Shown here: in pieces, positions 39,675 through 53,670 of the stretch
How the letters are laid out: the number at the start of each line of letters is the position of its first letter
Numbering within the stretch: the first letter of the stretch is position 1
DNA from: Camelus ferus
Taxonomy: Eukaryota
Direction of reading: 5' to 3'
Length of the DNA: 64,000 nucleotides
Assembly: GCF_009834535.1 (NCBI RefSeq)
Contig: NC_045697.1
Location: 24,244,001 to 24,308,000, forward strand
Made by a program: the position numbers and the translations under genes
Notes under the pieces: model-generated
Told to the model about the DNA's origin: nothing
Database searches by the model: none
Seen by the model: only the letters and a program-made list of their open reading frames with translations

Positions 39675-40374
39675 AGGAAGCGAACCTGGTCTTGGTCTCA
39701 CTGTTTCCAAGTGTGTGCAAATACATGGATCTTCAGAAATTTCTAGAAATAAGGGCTACTTATCAGGTTGCTCTCAGGTGAATCATTTGAATTTTCTTTT
39801 TCCATCTAACCCCTGTGGATATGGAATGAAAGTAAAAATTGAAGATTAGAAATAAAAGATTCTAACAAGAGTTATTTTAGTAGTTTTCATTTTATTTCCA
39901 TATTTATTGGTAAATTAAAGTTTATTCTATTCCCCACCCACCCCATCCAGATCTCTTAAATGGTGGAATTTAAATACAAGTTAGAATGTTCTTTAGAGCA
40001 TTAACTCAGAGGTATATATTGACCCAAAATAATACTTTTTAATAGTATCATTTTAAAATAGTATCTAAACATGAGCAGGTTGGCATTTTCCATCGAATGG
40101 AATATTATACATAGAAAAATTCCAGAACTACTTACAGGATCTAGACATGATGTTTTCACTCTTTTAACCTCCATTTCATCTTCTTTAAGATAGGAGGCTT
40201 CAATTAGATGATTCTCTAAAGCATCTGCTGAATCTAAGATATGAAATGATTTAAACAAATTTTCTAGTGTAGAAAGAACTGATATCACAGTGTGCTATGA
40301 GTGTTTGGAATCAGTCTTATTTTATGCACACACTCACTTACCTTCCATTTGACTTTTCACATCTTCTTACTGCT

Positions 40375-40621
40375 AATGATAGCCAAAATGTATTGTTTCT
40401 ATGTTCCAGCCATTGTTCTAAACACATTACATGGCTTATTTTGTAATTCTTGCAGCAGCTCTGAGACAGTTGTTGTTATTATTAGTATTATGGCTGTTTT
40501 ACAGATGAAGGAGAGAAAGTTCAATTGGCTCAAGGTCACAGAGCTTGTAAGTGGTAAAAGAGATAGTTAATAAGCTCACTCTAAAAGACATGCCATTAGC
40601 ACTCATAACGCTGTCTCTGCC
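40375..40621 (-). mobile_element. MIR SINE
   Basis: ttttacagatgaagga…ggctcaaggtcacagagcttgtaagtgg is the MIR core. Confidence 0.75.
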
Positions 40622-42439
40622 AACTAAACAAAGGCAAGCAGCAAGCTGTTATGTGTACCCATTGCTATTACCAAAGTCTATTCCTTTAGAGATTCTGTGT
40701 GTAAACGGTAAGAGTAAGCAACAATGTAAAATATTAGGATGGAAGTGTCAAAGGAAACTAGAAATACACAATTTTATCTCAAAATACAAAAAGGAAATTC
40801 CAAGGACAGAGCACAAGTATCAAACGGTAGTTTTTGAATAGGAGACAAGATTCCAAATGTCTGGTAATTAGAAATCATTGGTGGCTTTAGAATGAGAAGG
40901 TTCACTAGTGTAACCGATAAGGAAGGAGATTAAATTGGTTGATTGACTAGCATACACAAAGGGGAAGAAGACCATAGGGAAAGACCTATGTTTATTTAAG
41001 ATATTCATACAGAGAGGGGAAGGAGAGAAGTGACATTTATCAGGGCTAATTGTAAAAAAAATTTGATTTGTTTTTTCAAGATGGAAGTAATCTAAAAGAA
41101 AGTAATTAAATTGGAAGAAAATTTTAAGACACATCTTCGAAAAAGTACTAAGAAAGGGTCTTTGGAGGGAAAAAAATAAGTTTTTTCTCAGAGTCAGCAA
41201 AAAAGGAAATAAAAAGAAAAGGGGATGGGGGAGCAGAAAGCTGTTAAGAGAGAAGTTCATACCCAAATGTTTCTGTTTCCTCAGGGAAGTAGGCTAAGTC
41301 AGCTGCTCAGGATGGACTTAAATGGGGTTGGGAAGTAATTTAGTGCATCTCATAATCTAGTGCAGACACAGAGGAAATGTGTTCCTCAGGTCTTTTCCTT
41401 CAGATCTCATGTATTTAAATTCCCCACTTCTGTATTAGAATTGATGTTAGAAAGCAAAATATTTGAGGATAAATTTATAACACCATATGGGTTAGCATAT
41501 CATTTAATTATGAAAATCAGGGAGCAGGGAAATGACAAAGTTGAGAGCAGAGTATTGAAAAAGTAAGAAAAAAAGTGAGATATAACCTCAAAAGCAAACT
41601 CCAGGTATTCAGAGCTGGAGAATTGATTAACATATTTAAAAATCACTTATTTAACACCTATCAATATTGCAGTTCTAAAAAATAGAACTGGGAAATAATG
41701 ATATAAAGAGAGAAAGCATTAACTTAACACCAGTTCACTGCAAAGCTGCAACAGAGAATCTGCTTTGACAGAATCTTGGAATTTACAAAAATGAATAAAA
41801 CCATGACTTTGCCCTCAAATGGATGGTAATTTATATCCATTTATTTATTTATTTATTTGTATTTTATACTGGAACAAATCAACACTATTGATAATAGTAT
41901 TAAAATTAATGCAGAATTTTAATATAAAAGTTTTTTTTTTCCAACTTAAATCACAGGGAAGGAAGCTACTCAGGCCCTGAATTGGTCAAAAAACATGTTA
42001 TAGGGCATTTTCACCAAAAGGTAAGCACAGTACAAAGGTCAGTGGAAAGTGTAAGTAGAGGGTTGACTTCCTACAATTTGAAGGTGACTTTTCAGTCCAT
42101 TTCCTGGAAGATGTGAACTTAGACCTTGAAGGAGAGGTTGAATTTGGATATATAGATGGAAAAGGAATGTTCTATTTGGAGGAAATGTTATAAACAGAGT
42201 TATACTGTGGGAAGTTACGTAGGTCCACAGAGCTGATTTTATGCAGTTTAATTACACTGGAGGACAGGGTGTGAGAAGGTAAATTAACGCCAGGTTGAAA
42301 GATGTTAGAGTTTGGACATTTTAGAGTATGTGTTTTAGTGGATTTTTGAGCAAAGTGTGATAGCACTAGAAGTGTGTTTATCTGCTGTTGTCTTCTCTGA
42401 TCTACCCTTTTCCCAAAGGACATTTTAGCAGTAAATGCT

Positions 42440-42616
42440 TTTATCTATCACAGTATTTACCCATGACACTATAACCACTTGTTTGCTGATGGGATTCCAC
42501 CACTGAACTTTAAACTACTCAAAGGCAAAGACTAATTTTTACTTATCTCTGACTTCCAAGTAACCAGTGCAATGCATATTTCAGAATTCAATATATTTTA
42601 ATTAAATTAGATGAAG
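42440..42616 (+). mobile_element. L2 3' end relic
   Basis: actgaactttaaactactcaaaggcaaagac…ttatctctg…ttcaatatatttta…gatgaa. Confidence 0.55.
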
Positions 42617-42942
42617 ATTTACTTATAAGTAAGATAGATATTAAATCCAACAGAAGTGCAAAAAAATGGGAGGGAGAAGAAAAAAGAATTTTCTCTAGTG
42701 CGGTAACTTTTATTGCTCTCTCGTTTACATCAACCTCTAAGGTACAAATTTAATGTTAGCTCTTTCCTCTGTCTACAGTCAGCTGAGAAAAGCTATATAT
42801 GGTATTGAGTCTACCTATCTACAGCTCTACTTTTGAATTTGAGATTAATGTCACATCTAATAATTATTCTTTGGATATTCTTCCTACTTTTATATGAATA
42901 AGATGACAGTTTCAGGGGTAGCTCTGAGGTAGCCATTCCTTA

Positions 42943-43555
42943 TGACCGAGATGACCTTGATACTTCCTTCTGCTTGGCTAAACGTTGGATAGACTTCTTC
43001 CTGCCTCTAGGACCTTGAACTTCTCACTCCAATCCTTACAGTATCCAGATAATCTAACCACAGAAGTCTCTCTCCTTCCTTTTCTTAGAGCATTTACTTT
43101 AGAAAACTTGGCATACCTACCTCATTATCAATTCTCCTCTGCCCATTTGAAATGCAAGTTTTTTTTCAAAAAGTCTCTTGTCATTTTTTTAACTTAGAAC
43201 TATCTTTCTCGGGTACATGGAAACATCCCTTTGAAATGTAATCATCAAGAAAGATCTCGCCCCTGCCTCCCAGTCTCTGTGACAGGTTAGGAGCCTAACT
43301 TTAGTGATGCTTTGCTCCAAGTTCTAAAATTATCTCCTGTCATGAAGTTAGGAGGAAGTTTACTTTCTCTTTGGGTAAGTCCAGCTAGCAAATGCAGGAG
43401 TCCTATAATTTCCCCAACTCCAACCCTTAAAAACTCTCCCACTCTTTGTTTCAGCAAAGCTGAGCTCCAGCTACTGCTGATCTCTCTCCTACTGCAATCA
43501 CCTTGAATAAAGTCTTCCTTCCCTATTTAACTTCAGTGCAATTTTGACTGTGACA
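42943..43555 (+). mobile_element. ERV1 solo LTR, MER67-like, with perfect 4-bp TSD CTTA
   Basis: TG…CA ends (tgaccgagatg…tgtgaca); cttttcttagagcatttactttagaaaacttg; ctttgaaatgtaatcatcaag; AATAAA near the 3' end; CTTA at 42939-42942 and 43556-43559. Confidence 0.85.
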
Positions 43556-46309
43556 CTTACCTCAAAAATATCTGAGGTAGGTGGCCTACACCAATCGTAC
43601 TGAAGCTCTGGGACAAACCATCTTACTTCTCCCTTGACTCCTCATTTACACTCTCATTCTTTCATACCTCCCCTTGTCTTGAATTGGTAAAACACCATAT
43701 TATCTTTGAGGATGGATTGGAAATAGGAAAATTAAACCTTTCCATTGGCTTTTATCCTAGTCTATTTGGCCATGACAGATCAAGAAGAAGGGGCTTCTTC
43801 ATGTAACCCAGCTAGCCTCAGCAAACCTATACATATGCCTGGATTTCAAGCTGTGTGGGTAGTAAAATACTCCTTTGCGCTGCTTTCCCTTGTTTCTCAA
43901 TGGAATTTCTATGAATAGCTTGGGAAACAAAACTAGACGTTAGAGGCCAGAGATTAGGTACCCTTAATCCTGGGTATATTACGTATCACTTCACTTAGTC
44001 ACAACTGTTATGAACCCCAAATTTCTGCATAATTCAATAATTAATTAAAGTCTGCCTTAGGGTTATGGGAGTAGAATACGAATATAAAAGATATTTAAAA
44101 GTCAAATCAAAATGATTTTTCAAAATATACAATAAGGGTAAAAGAGTTAGGAGGCCATTTTTTCCTTCTATAATGAACACAACACGGTTGTGGAGACAGG
44201 ACAAAGAAATATTTAAATGTCTAATGATTGATCTATATGATTTAAAACAACAAGTGGTAGATATCCATTCTTAACACATGTTCTATTTACTAATGCTAGA
44301 GGTGATCAGACTACATAAGATCCTAAGAAAAATACTGGATTTATTTTGGCTTAGGAGAAAGAGCAAGTTACAGTATATTAGGGATAAAACTGAGGTGGAC
44401 AAAAGAAATAGTTAACAGAATATTTTGGTTGCAGCAAGTTTACCATAGTGAAGACCAGCAACCAAAGTGAAGCAGGAGAATTCTCTAAAAGGAAAGGAAT
44501 GAGGACAACCAAATTTAGAATTAGAGGAGCTGAAGAGTGAAAATAAAATTCTTTGGGTACCACAGCAAGTTATGACTTCCCAGACAGTTTTAGAGAGTAA
44601 ATTATTGTTCTGATTCTCCAATGTGTTTTATTCAGATTACACCTCCAGTTAAATATAAAAACATAAAATGATATCATATGTTCTTAATGATGGTATAATT
44701 CTACTCAAACTCCCAGATCTCCTAATTTTAACTTTTAGATATTTTATGAGTTTGTGGTACTTTTATTTAAGGAAAAATTTTGGAATTTGTGCCAAAGGAC
44801 AATTCTTAGAAGGAATGGAGTAGCTCTATGAAAAGCAGTTTCTAGAACAGAGGTGACACAGCTGTCCCTTCCTTCTCCTGCCCCATTCTCAAGAAACTCA
44901 AAAGGCCTTCAGAGCTTTTGCATCAGATTTCTGAGAGATGGTTAGGATTTTTGATGGTTAGTTATGGAAAAGCCATGAAAATACTGTTCTGTGGATGTTC
45001 ATAGTATCCTAGTCTTAACTTCAGATTTGGGTATCTTGTTAAATAAAAATTGCCTGGTTTTCCTGTTTATTTTAATGTAAAATATGCAAAACTTATTCTA
45101 ACATCCACACTCTCAGTTTGGCAATTATTAGTTTAATTATAGTTCTAAGTATCAAACCTCTAAACATACTATTAAAAATGAAAATTCTTTGATGACTGTT
45201 CTCTGAAGCTTTTCTTCATCAATGTCAGAAAATATGTGATATCTGAAAGTTGACTTTTGAAGAATCAGGGACTGTTGCTGTCAAAATCAGGTTATGACCC
45301 AGGACAGCCACCACCGGAGAACACTCACAAAATAGCATTATAAGACTCAGTGCTACAATGATCTAAGAAGGGCAGCTAACCATAGGCACTACTGTTTGGT
45401 TCAGAGGAGCACCAATTAATTTGTCTGCTCTCTGATCCACTGAAGAACTCAGCTGGGAACCAAACAAAGCCAGATTTTTTTTTAAATCTAACATTTGAGA
45501 TATTTTCTGTGTTCTTTCAAGTAGACTATATTTTAGACTCTAGAAGTAAGGGTCATAACTCTTGTATCTCTCATCGTAGAATTAGAGTTTGTCAAAGGTG
45601 TTAAAAATAAAGTGAGTGTGAAAGTTCTATGAGGGTTATGAGAAGGGTGAGGAAAACAGTAAAGAAGGACTAAGGTAAGGCCTTTAGATAAGAGTAATAA
45701 CAACAATAAAATGATGATGATGAAACTTTCTTTCCATCTCCTTGGCTTTCCACTGTTCCTCTTGAGAATCAAATTTTTATGTACTTTAAACTCCAGTAAG
45801 AATAACTGTGATAAAAATTATAAATTTTCTATTATAAAAATTAACCTTTGGATTTTGAGTAAAGAGCTGATGGAATTAGGAATTGATTTAAGAATTGATA
45901 TTGAAGATCTACAAAAATCCCAACAATCTCTCCATTTCCTAAATTCCTATCAAATATAGTACCATATACGTGACCTTTCCTCACACTGCTAGAAACATAC
46001 ATAAACTTTATCACACGTTGACAGTTATGTATGAGAACACTTCCCAGAAATTAAATTGTTTCCCCACTTTCACATACAATTTTGTGTTTCTTCCAAATCC
46101 CAAGTTGTCATCTTTTCAAGTCTGTCTCCAGAACTCTTACTCAATAAAATTTTCTAGCAATGTGGTATGTTCATATTTTTCTCTTTCTTGATTCTTTTTT
46201 GAGTGCCAGAGAGTTTTCAAGCATTGTGTGTACATGTGTGTGTGTGAGTGATATGTGTTTCTGTATGTCTGTGTTTAGCTCCCATAGAAATACATCTTTA
46301 AAAATACAT

Positions 46310-48990
46310 AGTCTTTGTCTCCTTACCATGACAGAATGATTGGTACGAGACTTACATTCTCTTTATCACCTAGAAAACAGAACAGCATATCTAAACAAGT
46401 GTTTCAGACAGTGAATAAAAGGCATAAAATAACTGTGATTCTTGGGAGAAGGGAAAAGTTCTATAACATCACTGGCTTTCTGTTTGGGGGTACTTCTAGC
46501 CTGTAGCAAAGGGAGGGTAAACTCAGAGACAGAGAAGGGAAATTAATAATATTGTGATCTCACTGAGTTGAGGAAATGGAAATTAAAGTTGAGGGACACT
46601 GAAGTGGCTAGAATTGTCAGATCACAGTACCAAGAAAATGAAGCAAAGTAGAGAATGAAATCCAGAAATCTGAATGGAATAGCCTTGATTTTTGTTGTTG
46701 GATACTGTAAATTGAGAGGGAGACTCTCCAGTCAGTCAATGAAAAACTAAAAAAAAGTTATATGCTGAGCAATTCCCAAAGCTCACACAGGATAAGGTAG
46801 GCATTTGGGTTCCAGCTAAGCAGATTGAGAAAACCTTGTTAAATAACAAGAGAATTCAGTAGAATCTCATAGTAATGTTAAACTTGCTTATAAGAAAAGT
46901 TATGGCTCCATTAAAACAAACCTCCAAAATAAGGCTTTGAAACACTGGAGCTAATCCACAAGTGACTTAACTGGCTGTCAAAACAAAAGTCAACACATTT
47001 TAAAGGAAGAAAATACATTCTGGACATTCAGCAGAGTAACATTCACCAAGTCTAGCACTCAATAAACTATAAAAAGATACCTAGAAAATTCCAAATATTT
47101 AGAAATTAAACAACATTTTGAATAAGTTGTTTATGATAAAATACCTTGGCAAATAATATAAAAGGACTTGATTAACTTGATAAAGAGAATCTCCTAAAAA
47201 CCTACAGCTAATATCGTACATAATTGAATGACTTAACACTTTCTAAGACTCAAAAGAAGACAAGCGTATTTCCTCTCAAAACTTCAAGTCAGCATTAGAT
47301 GCTCTAGCATGTGCAATAAAGCAAGAAAAAGAAGTACAAGTCACAGAGCTTAGAAAGGAAGGGGAAAACCCTCAATGCATGGAAAGCAAGATCAGTGTTG
47401 CAGGTTGTATTGCCTGCAGACTCTGATATGGAAGTTAGCAAGTAGGAATTTTATTTAGAAACATCCCTGGATTTAGTATCTGTGGTCAGGAGGATAAGGA
47501 GCCAATATCAGGTAAAGGAAGAAGCCATGCTGAGATGCAAAACCAAGAAAGCCTCAAGTAAGCCCATGGGAGCTGTGGAATTACAATGCCACTTTAGAGT
47601 TGGGACAAGGCAGTCAAACTTTATAGTGCTCCATGAAGGGGTAATCCTTGGGCAAATTGGCTGCCTCCAACTGAGGCAGTCTCTGAAGAAGCTGATGGCT
47701 GCACACTGACTACCAAGAGCATTCCCAGCACCTAGGTGGGAAATCTTCCACTGAACCATAATATGGCAGCAGTACACAGTATCCATGGTAATTAAGAGTA
47801 TAGAACACCCAGAAGAATCTACTAAAAATTAATAGAAATAAGAAACATGAATTTAGCTAGGTCAGGGGATACACAATTTATATACAATAATCAAATGTGT
47901 TACTTTACATGACAAATAATTAGAAACTAAAATTAACAATATAATTTACAATATCATCCAAAATTAGGAAATAGGTATTAATTTAGCACAGTGTGTGTAA
48001 GACCTCTACATTGAAACTATAATCTGTGTTGGGAAAAATTAAAGAACCACTACTAAGTAGAGAAATATATCATGTGCATAGATTGGAAGACTCAATATTA
48101 AGTTGTCAGTTTTCCCCAGATAATCTGTAAATTCAGTACAGGACAAACCCAAATCCCAGAAGACTTTATTTTGTAGAATTTGACAAATGAATGTGTAATC
48201 TATATAGCAATGGGAACATTATAGAATAGTCAAAACAATTATTTAAAAAATTAGAAGATTTCACTGCCCAATTTAAAGACTTAGTTTAAAGCTACAGTAA
48301 TCAAAAGAATCTAGTCTTGGCGTAAGAGAGACATACAGATAAGTGGAATAGAATATATGTACTGAAATAGACAGACTTGTATATACGGTTTTGACAAAAA
48401 TGCCAGCATAATAAAATGGGGAGGTAATAGTAGCTTCTGTGAGAAGTGCTGAAACAATTAGATATAGATATGGAGAAAATAAATCACAGCTCTTATCTCA
48501 TAAAATTTAAATTGACATGAATTTTAATCCTAAAGACAAGCCCTAAAACTGAAATGTCTAGATGAAAACATAAAAGAAAATCCTTTTTGACCTTGAACTT
48601 GGCAAGCATTTCTTAGGACACAAAAAATAAAACCAAAAATAAAACCTTGATAAAGTCGACTTCAACTAATTAGAAAATTTCTGTTCTGTGAAAACCATTA
48701 TTAAGAAAGTAAAAAGACGAGGCACAGACAGGGAAAAATTATTCATAGCATAAGTGTCTGACAGAGTACTTGTATCCAGAATATATTAAGAAGGCTTACA
48801 ATTCAATAATAAAACAATCACAATTTTTAAAAAATAGGCCATCATTTTGGATAGTTAACAAAACATCTACAAGTGACCAACAAGCACGTTAAAAGATGCT
48901 TAACAATAGAAATTATCAGTAAAATACAAATTAAAACCACATAGAGATACCAGTACACACCAAGGAGATTAAAGTAAACACCCAAATTGA
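46310..48990 (+). mobile_element. Old, internally deleted L1M (5' region plus ORF2 pieces) interrupted by an LTR
   Basis: ORF2-like stretches: gcaataaagcaagaaaaagaagt, gattggaagactcaatatt, aaagctacagtaatcaaa, ctgacagagtacttgtatccagaatatat; many stops and indels. Confidence 0.75.
47395..47790 (-). mobile_element. ERVL solo LTR, LTR16-like, nested in the L1M
   Basis: gcagactctgatatggaagttagcaagtaggaattttatt…gcctcaagtaagcccatgggagctgtgga…cacagtatcca match the reverse of LTR16 as I recall it. Confidence 0.65.
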
Positions 48991-49129
48991 GAATAAGCAT
49001 TTAGAAATATCTAGAGCACTCTAGAGCACTGTGACAAAGTAATTTCATGCCTGTGGGTTTTAATGCTAACAAAGAGCCTATATTTTGTATGTCTTTGTAA
49101 AGATTTTCCACTAAAATAGTAATTTATTT

Positions 49130-51082
49130 ATTTATCTTTTTTAAAAACTAATTTATTTTTTATTGAAGTATGGTCACTTTACAATGTTGTGCCAATTTCT
49201 GATGTGCAGCATAATGTTTCAGTCATACATACATATACATATATTCCTTTTCATATTCCTGTTCATTATAGGTTACTACAAGATATTGAATATAGGTCAT
49301 TCTGCTATACAGTAGAAACTTATTTATCTACTTTATATACAGTAGTTAGTATCTGCAAATCTCGAACTCCTAATTTATCCCTTCCTACCCCATTTCCCCT
49401 CTGCTAACCATAAGTTTGTTTCCCATATCTGTGAGTCTCTTTCTGTTTTGTAAATGAGTTCATTTGTATCTTTTTTTTTAAAGGTTCCACATATGAGTGA
49501 TATCATATGGTATTTTTCTTTCTCTTTCTGGCTTTCTTCGCTTAGAATGATGTTCTCCAGGTCCATCCATGTTGCTGCAAATAGTATTATTTTATTCTTT
49601 TTTATGGCTGAGTAGTAGTCTATTGTATAAACATATCACAACTTCTTTACCCATTCATCTATAGATGGACATTTAGGTTGTTTCCATGTCTTGGCTATTG
49701 TAAATAGTGCTGCTGTGAACACTGGGGTACATGAATCTTTTTGAATTAGAGTTTCCTCCGGATATGTGCCCAGGAGTAGGATTGCTGGATCATATGGTAA
49801 GTCTACTTTTAGTCTTTTGAGGAATCTCCATGCTATTTTCCATAATGGCTGCACCAAACTGTATTCCCACCAACAGTGTAGGAGGGTTCCTTTTTCTCCA
49901 CACCCTCTTCAGCATTTATTGTTTGTGGACTTTTGAATGACGGCCATTCTGACTGGTGTTAGGTGATACTTCATTGTAGTTTTGATTTGCATTTGTCTGA
50001 TAATTAGTGATACTGAGCATTTTTTCATGTGCCTATTGGCCATCTGAATGTCTTCATTGGAGAACTGCTTGTTTAGGTCTTAGGCCCATTGTTGGATTGG
50101 GTTTTTTGGGGGTTTTTTGTTACTAATTTGTATGAACTGTTTATATATCCTGGAAATTACACCCTTATCAGTCACATCATTTGCAAATATTTTCTCCCAT
50201 TCTGTAGGTTGTCGTTTTGTTTTGCGTATGGTTTCCTTTGCTGTGCAAGAGCTTATAAGTTTAATTAGGTCCTATTTGCTGATTTTTGCTCTTAAGTTAT
50301 TTCCTGGGTTCATTGCCCCAGGAGAACATTGCTAAGATTTATGTCAGAAAATGTTTTGCATATGTTTTCGTCTAGGAGATTTATAATGTCTTGTCTTATG
50401 TTTAAGTCTTTAAGCCACTTTGAGTTTCTTTTTGTGTGTGGTGTGAGGGAGTTTTCTAACTTCATTGATTTACATGCAGCCGTCCTGTTTTCCCAACACC
50501 ATTTGCTGAAGAGTCTATCTTTTCTCCATTGTATATTATTGCTTCCTTTGTGGAAGACTAATTGACCTTAAGTCTGTGGTTTATTTCTGGGCTCTCTATT
50601 CTGTTTCATTGATCCATATGTCTGTTTTGTGCCAGTACCATGCTGTTTTGATTACTGTAGCTCTGTCTGAAGTCTGGAAGGGTTATTCCTCCAACTTCAT
50701 TTTTTTTTTCTTCAGTATTGCTTTGGCAATTCTGTGCCTTTTGTGATTCCATATAAATTTTAGGATTATTTGTTCTAGTCCTGTAAAAAATGTCCTGGGT
50801 AATTTGATAGGGATGCATTAAATCTGTAGATTGCTTTGGGTGGTATGGCCATTTTAACAGGATTAATCTAAGATCCTGGGATATCTTTCCATTTCTTTAA
50901 GTCATCTTTAATTTCCTTAACGAATGTTTTATAGTTCTCTGTGTATAATTTTTTCAACTCCTTGGTAAGATTTATTCCTAAGTATTTTATTTTGGGGGAT
51001 GCAATTTTAAAAGGGATTGAACTCGTTACATTTCTTTACAGTAACAGTGAAATATCAGAAAATAAAAGTAAAGAATCAATCT
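49130..51082 (-). mobile_element. L1 (~1.95 kb, ORF2 3' part plus 3' UTR) with a short 5' inversion and 21-bp TSD
   Basis: ORFs 49636..49857(-) ([25 protein letters not shown]…) and 49375..49566(-) are ORF2p C-terminal; 51020-51082 is L1 in the opposite orientation; TSD CACTAAAATAGTAATTTATTT (49109-49129) vs CACTTAAATAGTAATTTATTT (51083-51103). Confidence 0.95.
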
Positions 51083-53670
51083 CACTTAAATAGTAATTTA
51101 TTTTTATTGTAATTCATAATGTATCAGTTTTGAGGGATTGGAATTTTTTTAATGGTTCTTTAACCAGAGACATCTTGAGAAGCATTGCTGTAAGCGATTG
51201 ACACTCAAAGTATTTGGCCCATAGAGTATACCAGCAAGATGACCACATGGAAATAATAAGGAAGCTAAAGAAATATATGCTGTGGGTATAGATTCATCTT
51301 TAGATGAATCTCGCTCCTCTTTGGATTACCCATGAAGACAGAAACCACAAATAATTGCTTTGACTATCATGTTTTCCCCCGTATGTTATTACAATGTATG
51401 CATACCATGAGAGGTGAAAAGATTACAGAAAATGTGTATGTCTAATTCTCTGTGAGGGGAAGTTTAGAAACAGAAAATATGGCTAACCTTTGCATTGATG
51501 CAAATGTGGAGACCAAATTTCATGCTGATACTCCAGATGGTGACAACTTTCCAAAGCCTGATACACAATGTTTTTTTCCCTTATAAAATGCTAGGTTAGT
51601 ACATCATTTGCTTCGCCTTAAATTAACATAATATCTTCTTTATGTGCTGTGATGATCAGACCTTCAATAACTGAAGAAAGAGCAGCATAAACCAAAATAA
51701 TGTATTGATTGTGAAGTCTGGGCTTTTTAGCCAGAGAATTGTGAATTGTGAATCTGCAGGCTTGTTTCCCTCCCATGTAAAGCTACAACAAGTTCATTTC
51801 TTAGGCTATAATTTCAATTGCTAGATATGCTTCAGCAAAGGGGGCAGCATCAATTTTACACGTACACACAAGTTGCAGTGTGTTCTGCTAGTACATGCTA
51901 TACTTAATGAAGTATTGTGATAAATGTTAGTTGTATATTTTTTCTTTCTATTGCATGTAGACTGAAATGACATAGAAAACTAGGAGAGATAGATACTTAT
52001 TATATCCCCAACTGGTTTTATTAAGTGATCAATATGAAATGAAGTCTAATAAGTATTTAGAATAAGTAACTTTATGTAAGGATTTAGCTTTTAAATGGTC
52101 CCTGTGCTCTAAACTCTTAGCATAGAAGGGTGTGAAATATACTGCACTGTTTCTGTGTATAGTATAGATCCATCAAACTTAAGGGGATATGTTATTAGAG
52201 CTATTTGGAAACTTCCAAACTATCATGGAAAACTTAAATCTCCAAAAACTTTCTTGAGCCTTGCTTTGCTAATAGATTCTATGTGAATCAGGAAATCAAT
52301 ATATAATAATTTGCTATGGAAAACCTTTGTTATTATTCCCCCAACTCTTCTCTTCTACCAAAGAAATTAAACTGTGACTCGGTATAGTGGTAATAGTTTT
52401 CTGAAGAGACAGGCATACCAGTTAGTTTTATAATAGTTTTTGTGTTTTTTTTTTTTTTATGCAAGTCAGTGACTCATTTCCTATAAAGCAGAAAATAAAA
52501 AAATCTAGTATTGCTCCCATATGTTTGATTGAAAATTCATATTCATAAAGTGGTAAAATGTGTATAAAAAGTTAAACTTTCTGGAAAGACATGAACCAGT
52601 GTGTATGGATAAGTGTGTAATTTTTGCAATGGGAGTTGTTATTTGGCCATTATAATGTTGTATTAATTTTTTGAGTAAAATTTCTTGTTATAAAGCAATA
52701 GAGTTGATTTTATTTAATTATAGAATTATCTGTTTTCCTTCATAAAGGCACCAGATAGCACTGAAGTTATTGAATTATATCAGTAACTCAAAGACCTTTA
52801 TTGGTTTATAGATAATATCTCACTCTGTGGGAGATTTTAATATAATAATTACTCATCAGTCATACATGCTTCCTCTGTGTTTATTGTTCTTTTCTTTTCC
52901 ACAGAGATACTCATAGTACTTCTTACAGAGAACTGTTGAGAAAATTAAATGAGCTTTAAAAAAAAATATCTGGAACATAAATGCTGCATCAGGGTTAGCT
53001 GATACTCTTACTACTACCATTCAAGCCATGAAGCAAATACCTTTGATTATCTTCCTACTCACTTTTTATCATATAATTTTGCAATTCTTTCCTCATTTCA
53101 GTGAACCTTGATTCCATGCTGTAATACTCTGAGCTCTGTGGTTTTCTTATGTTTATTTTACAGATTAAAATCATTATTGATTCTCTGAAAAACGCAGTCA
53201 TAAACTGATTATATCTTAACATAAGTCACATTATTTTTTGGAAAAGTAATTATATTTTCTAAAACCAAAAATTATTTTTCAAGACTTAGAAATAATAGGC
53301 AAATATAATTGTATCTATTAAAGTGTACAACGTGATGCTTTAATATACATATACGTTGTCACTGCTTTGAATCTGGTTTCCTGAATTAGTCTCAATTTAG
53401 CTTGCTCTTCTGTTTTTGTTCCTCTGTTTTTACTAACCCCAGAGCTCTTGATTAAGAAACCTTCATCTTTGTATATAAGAACTCACTTTTACAACAATTA
53501 CATATTGAATACAAGCTATGTGGGCCTGCATGAAAATTTCAATTACCCACCCATTTCCTAAACAAAACACAGAAATCTGAGATAAACAAATAACCAAACA
53601 CACACATAGTTATTTTTCTGATCCAATTTAATGTATAATTACTGAGTAGATATTATGTGCCCCAAACATA

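Noticed and set aside
51290..51311. 10-bp inverted repeat agattcatct-tt-agatgaatct, plus small tandem duplications (ctagagcact x2 at 49011; taagcatactct x2 at ~60738; 17-mer at ~57047)
   Set aside because: Too short for a miRNA or other structured RNA; ordinary slippage or chance features at this window size.
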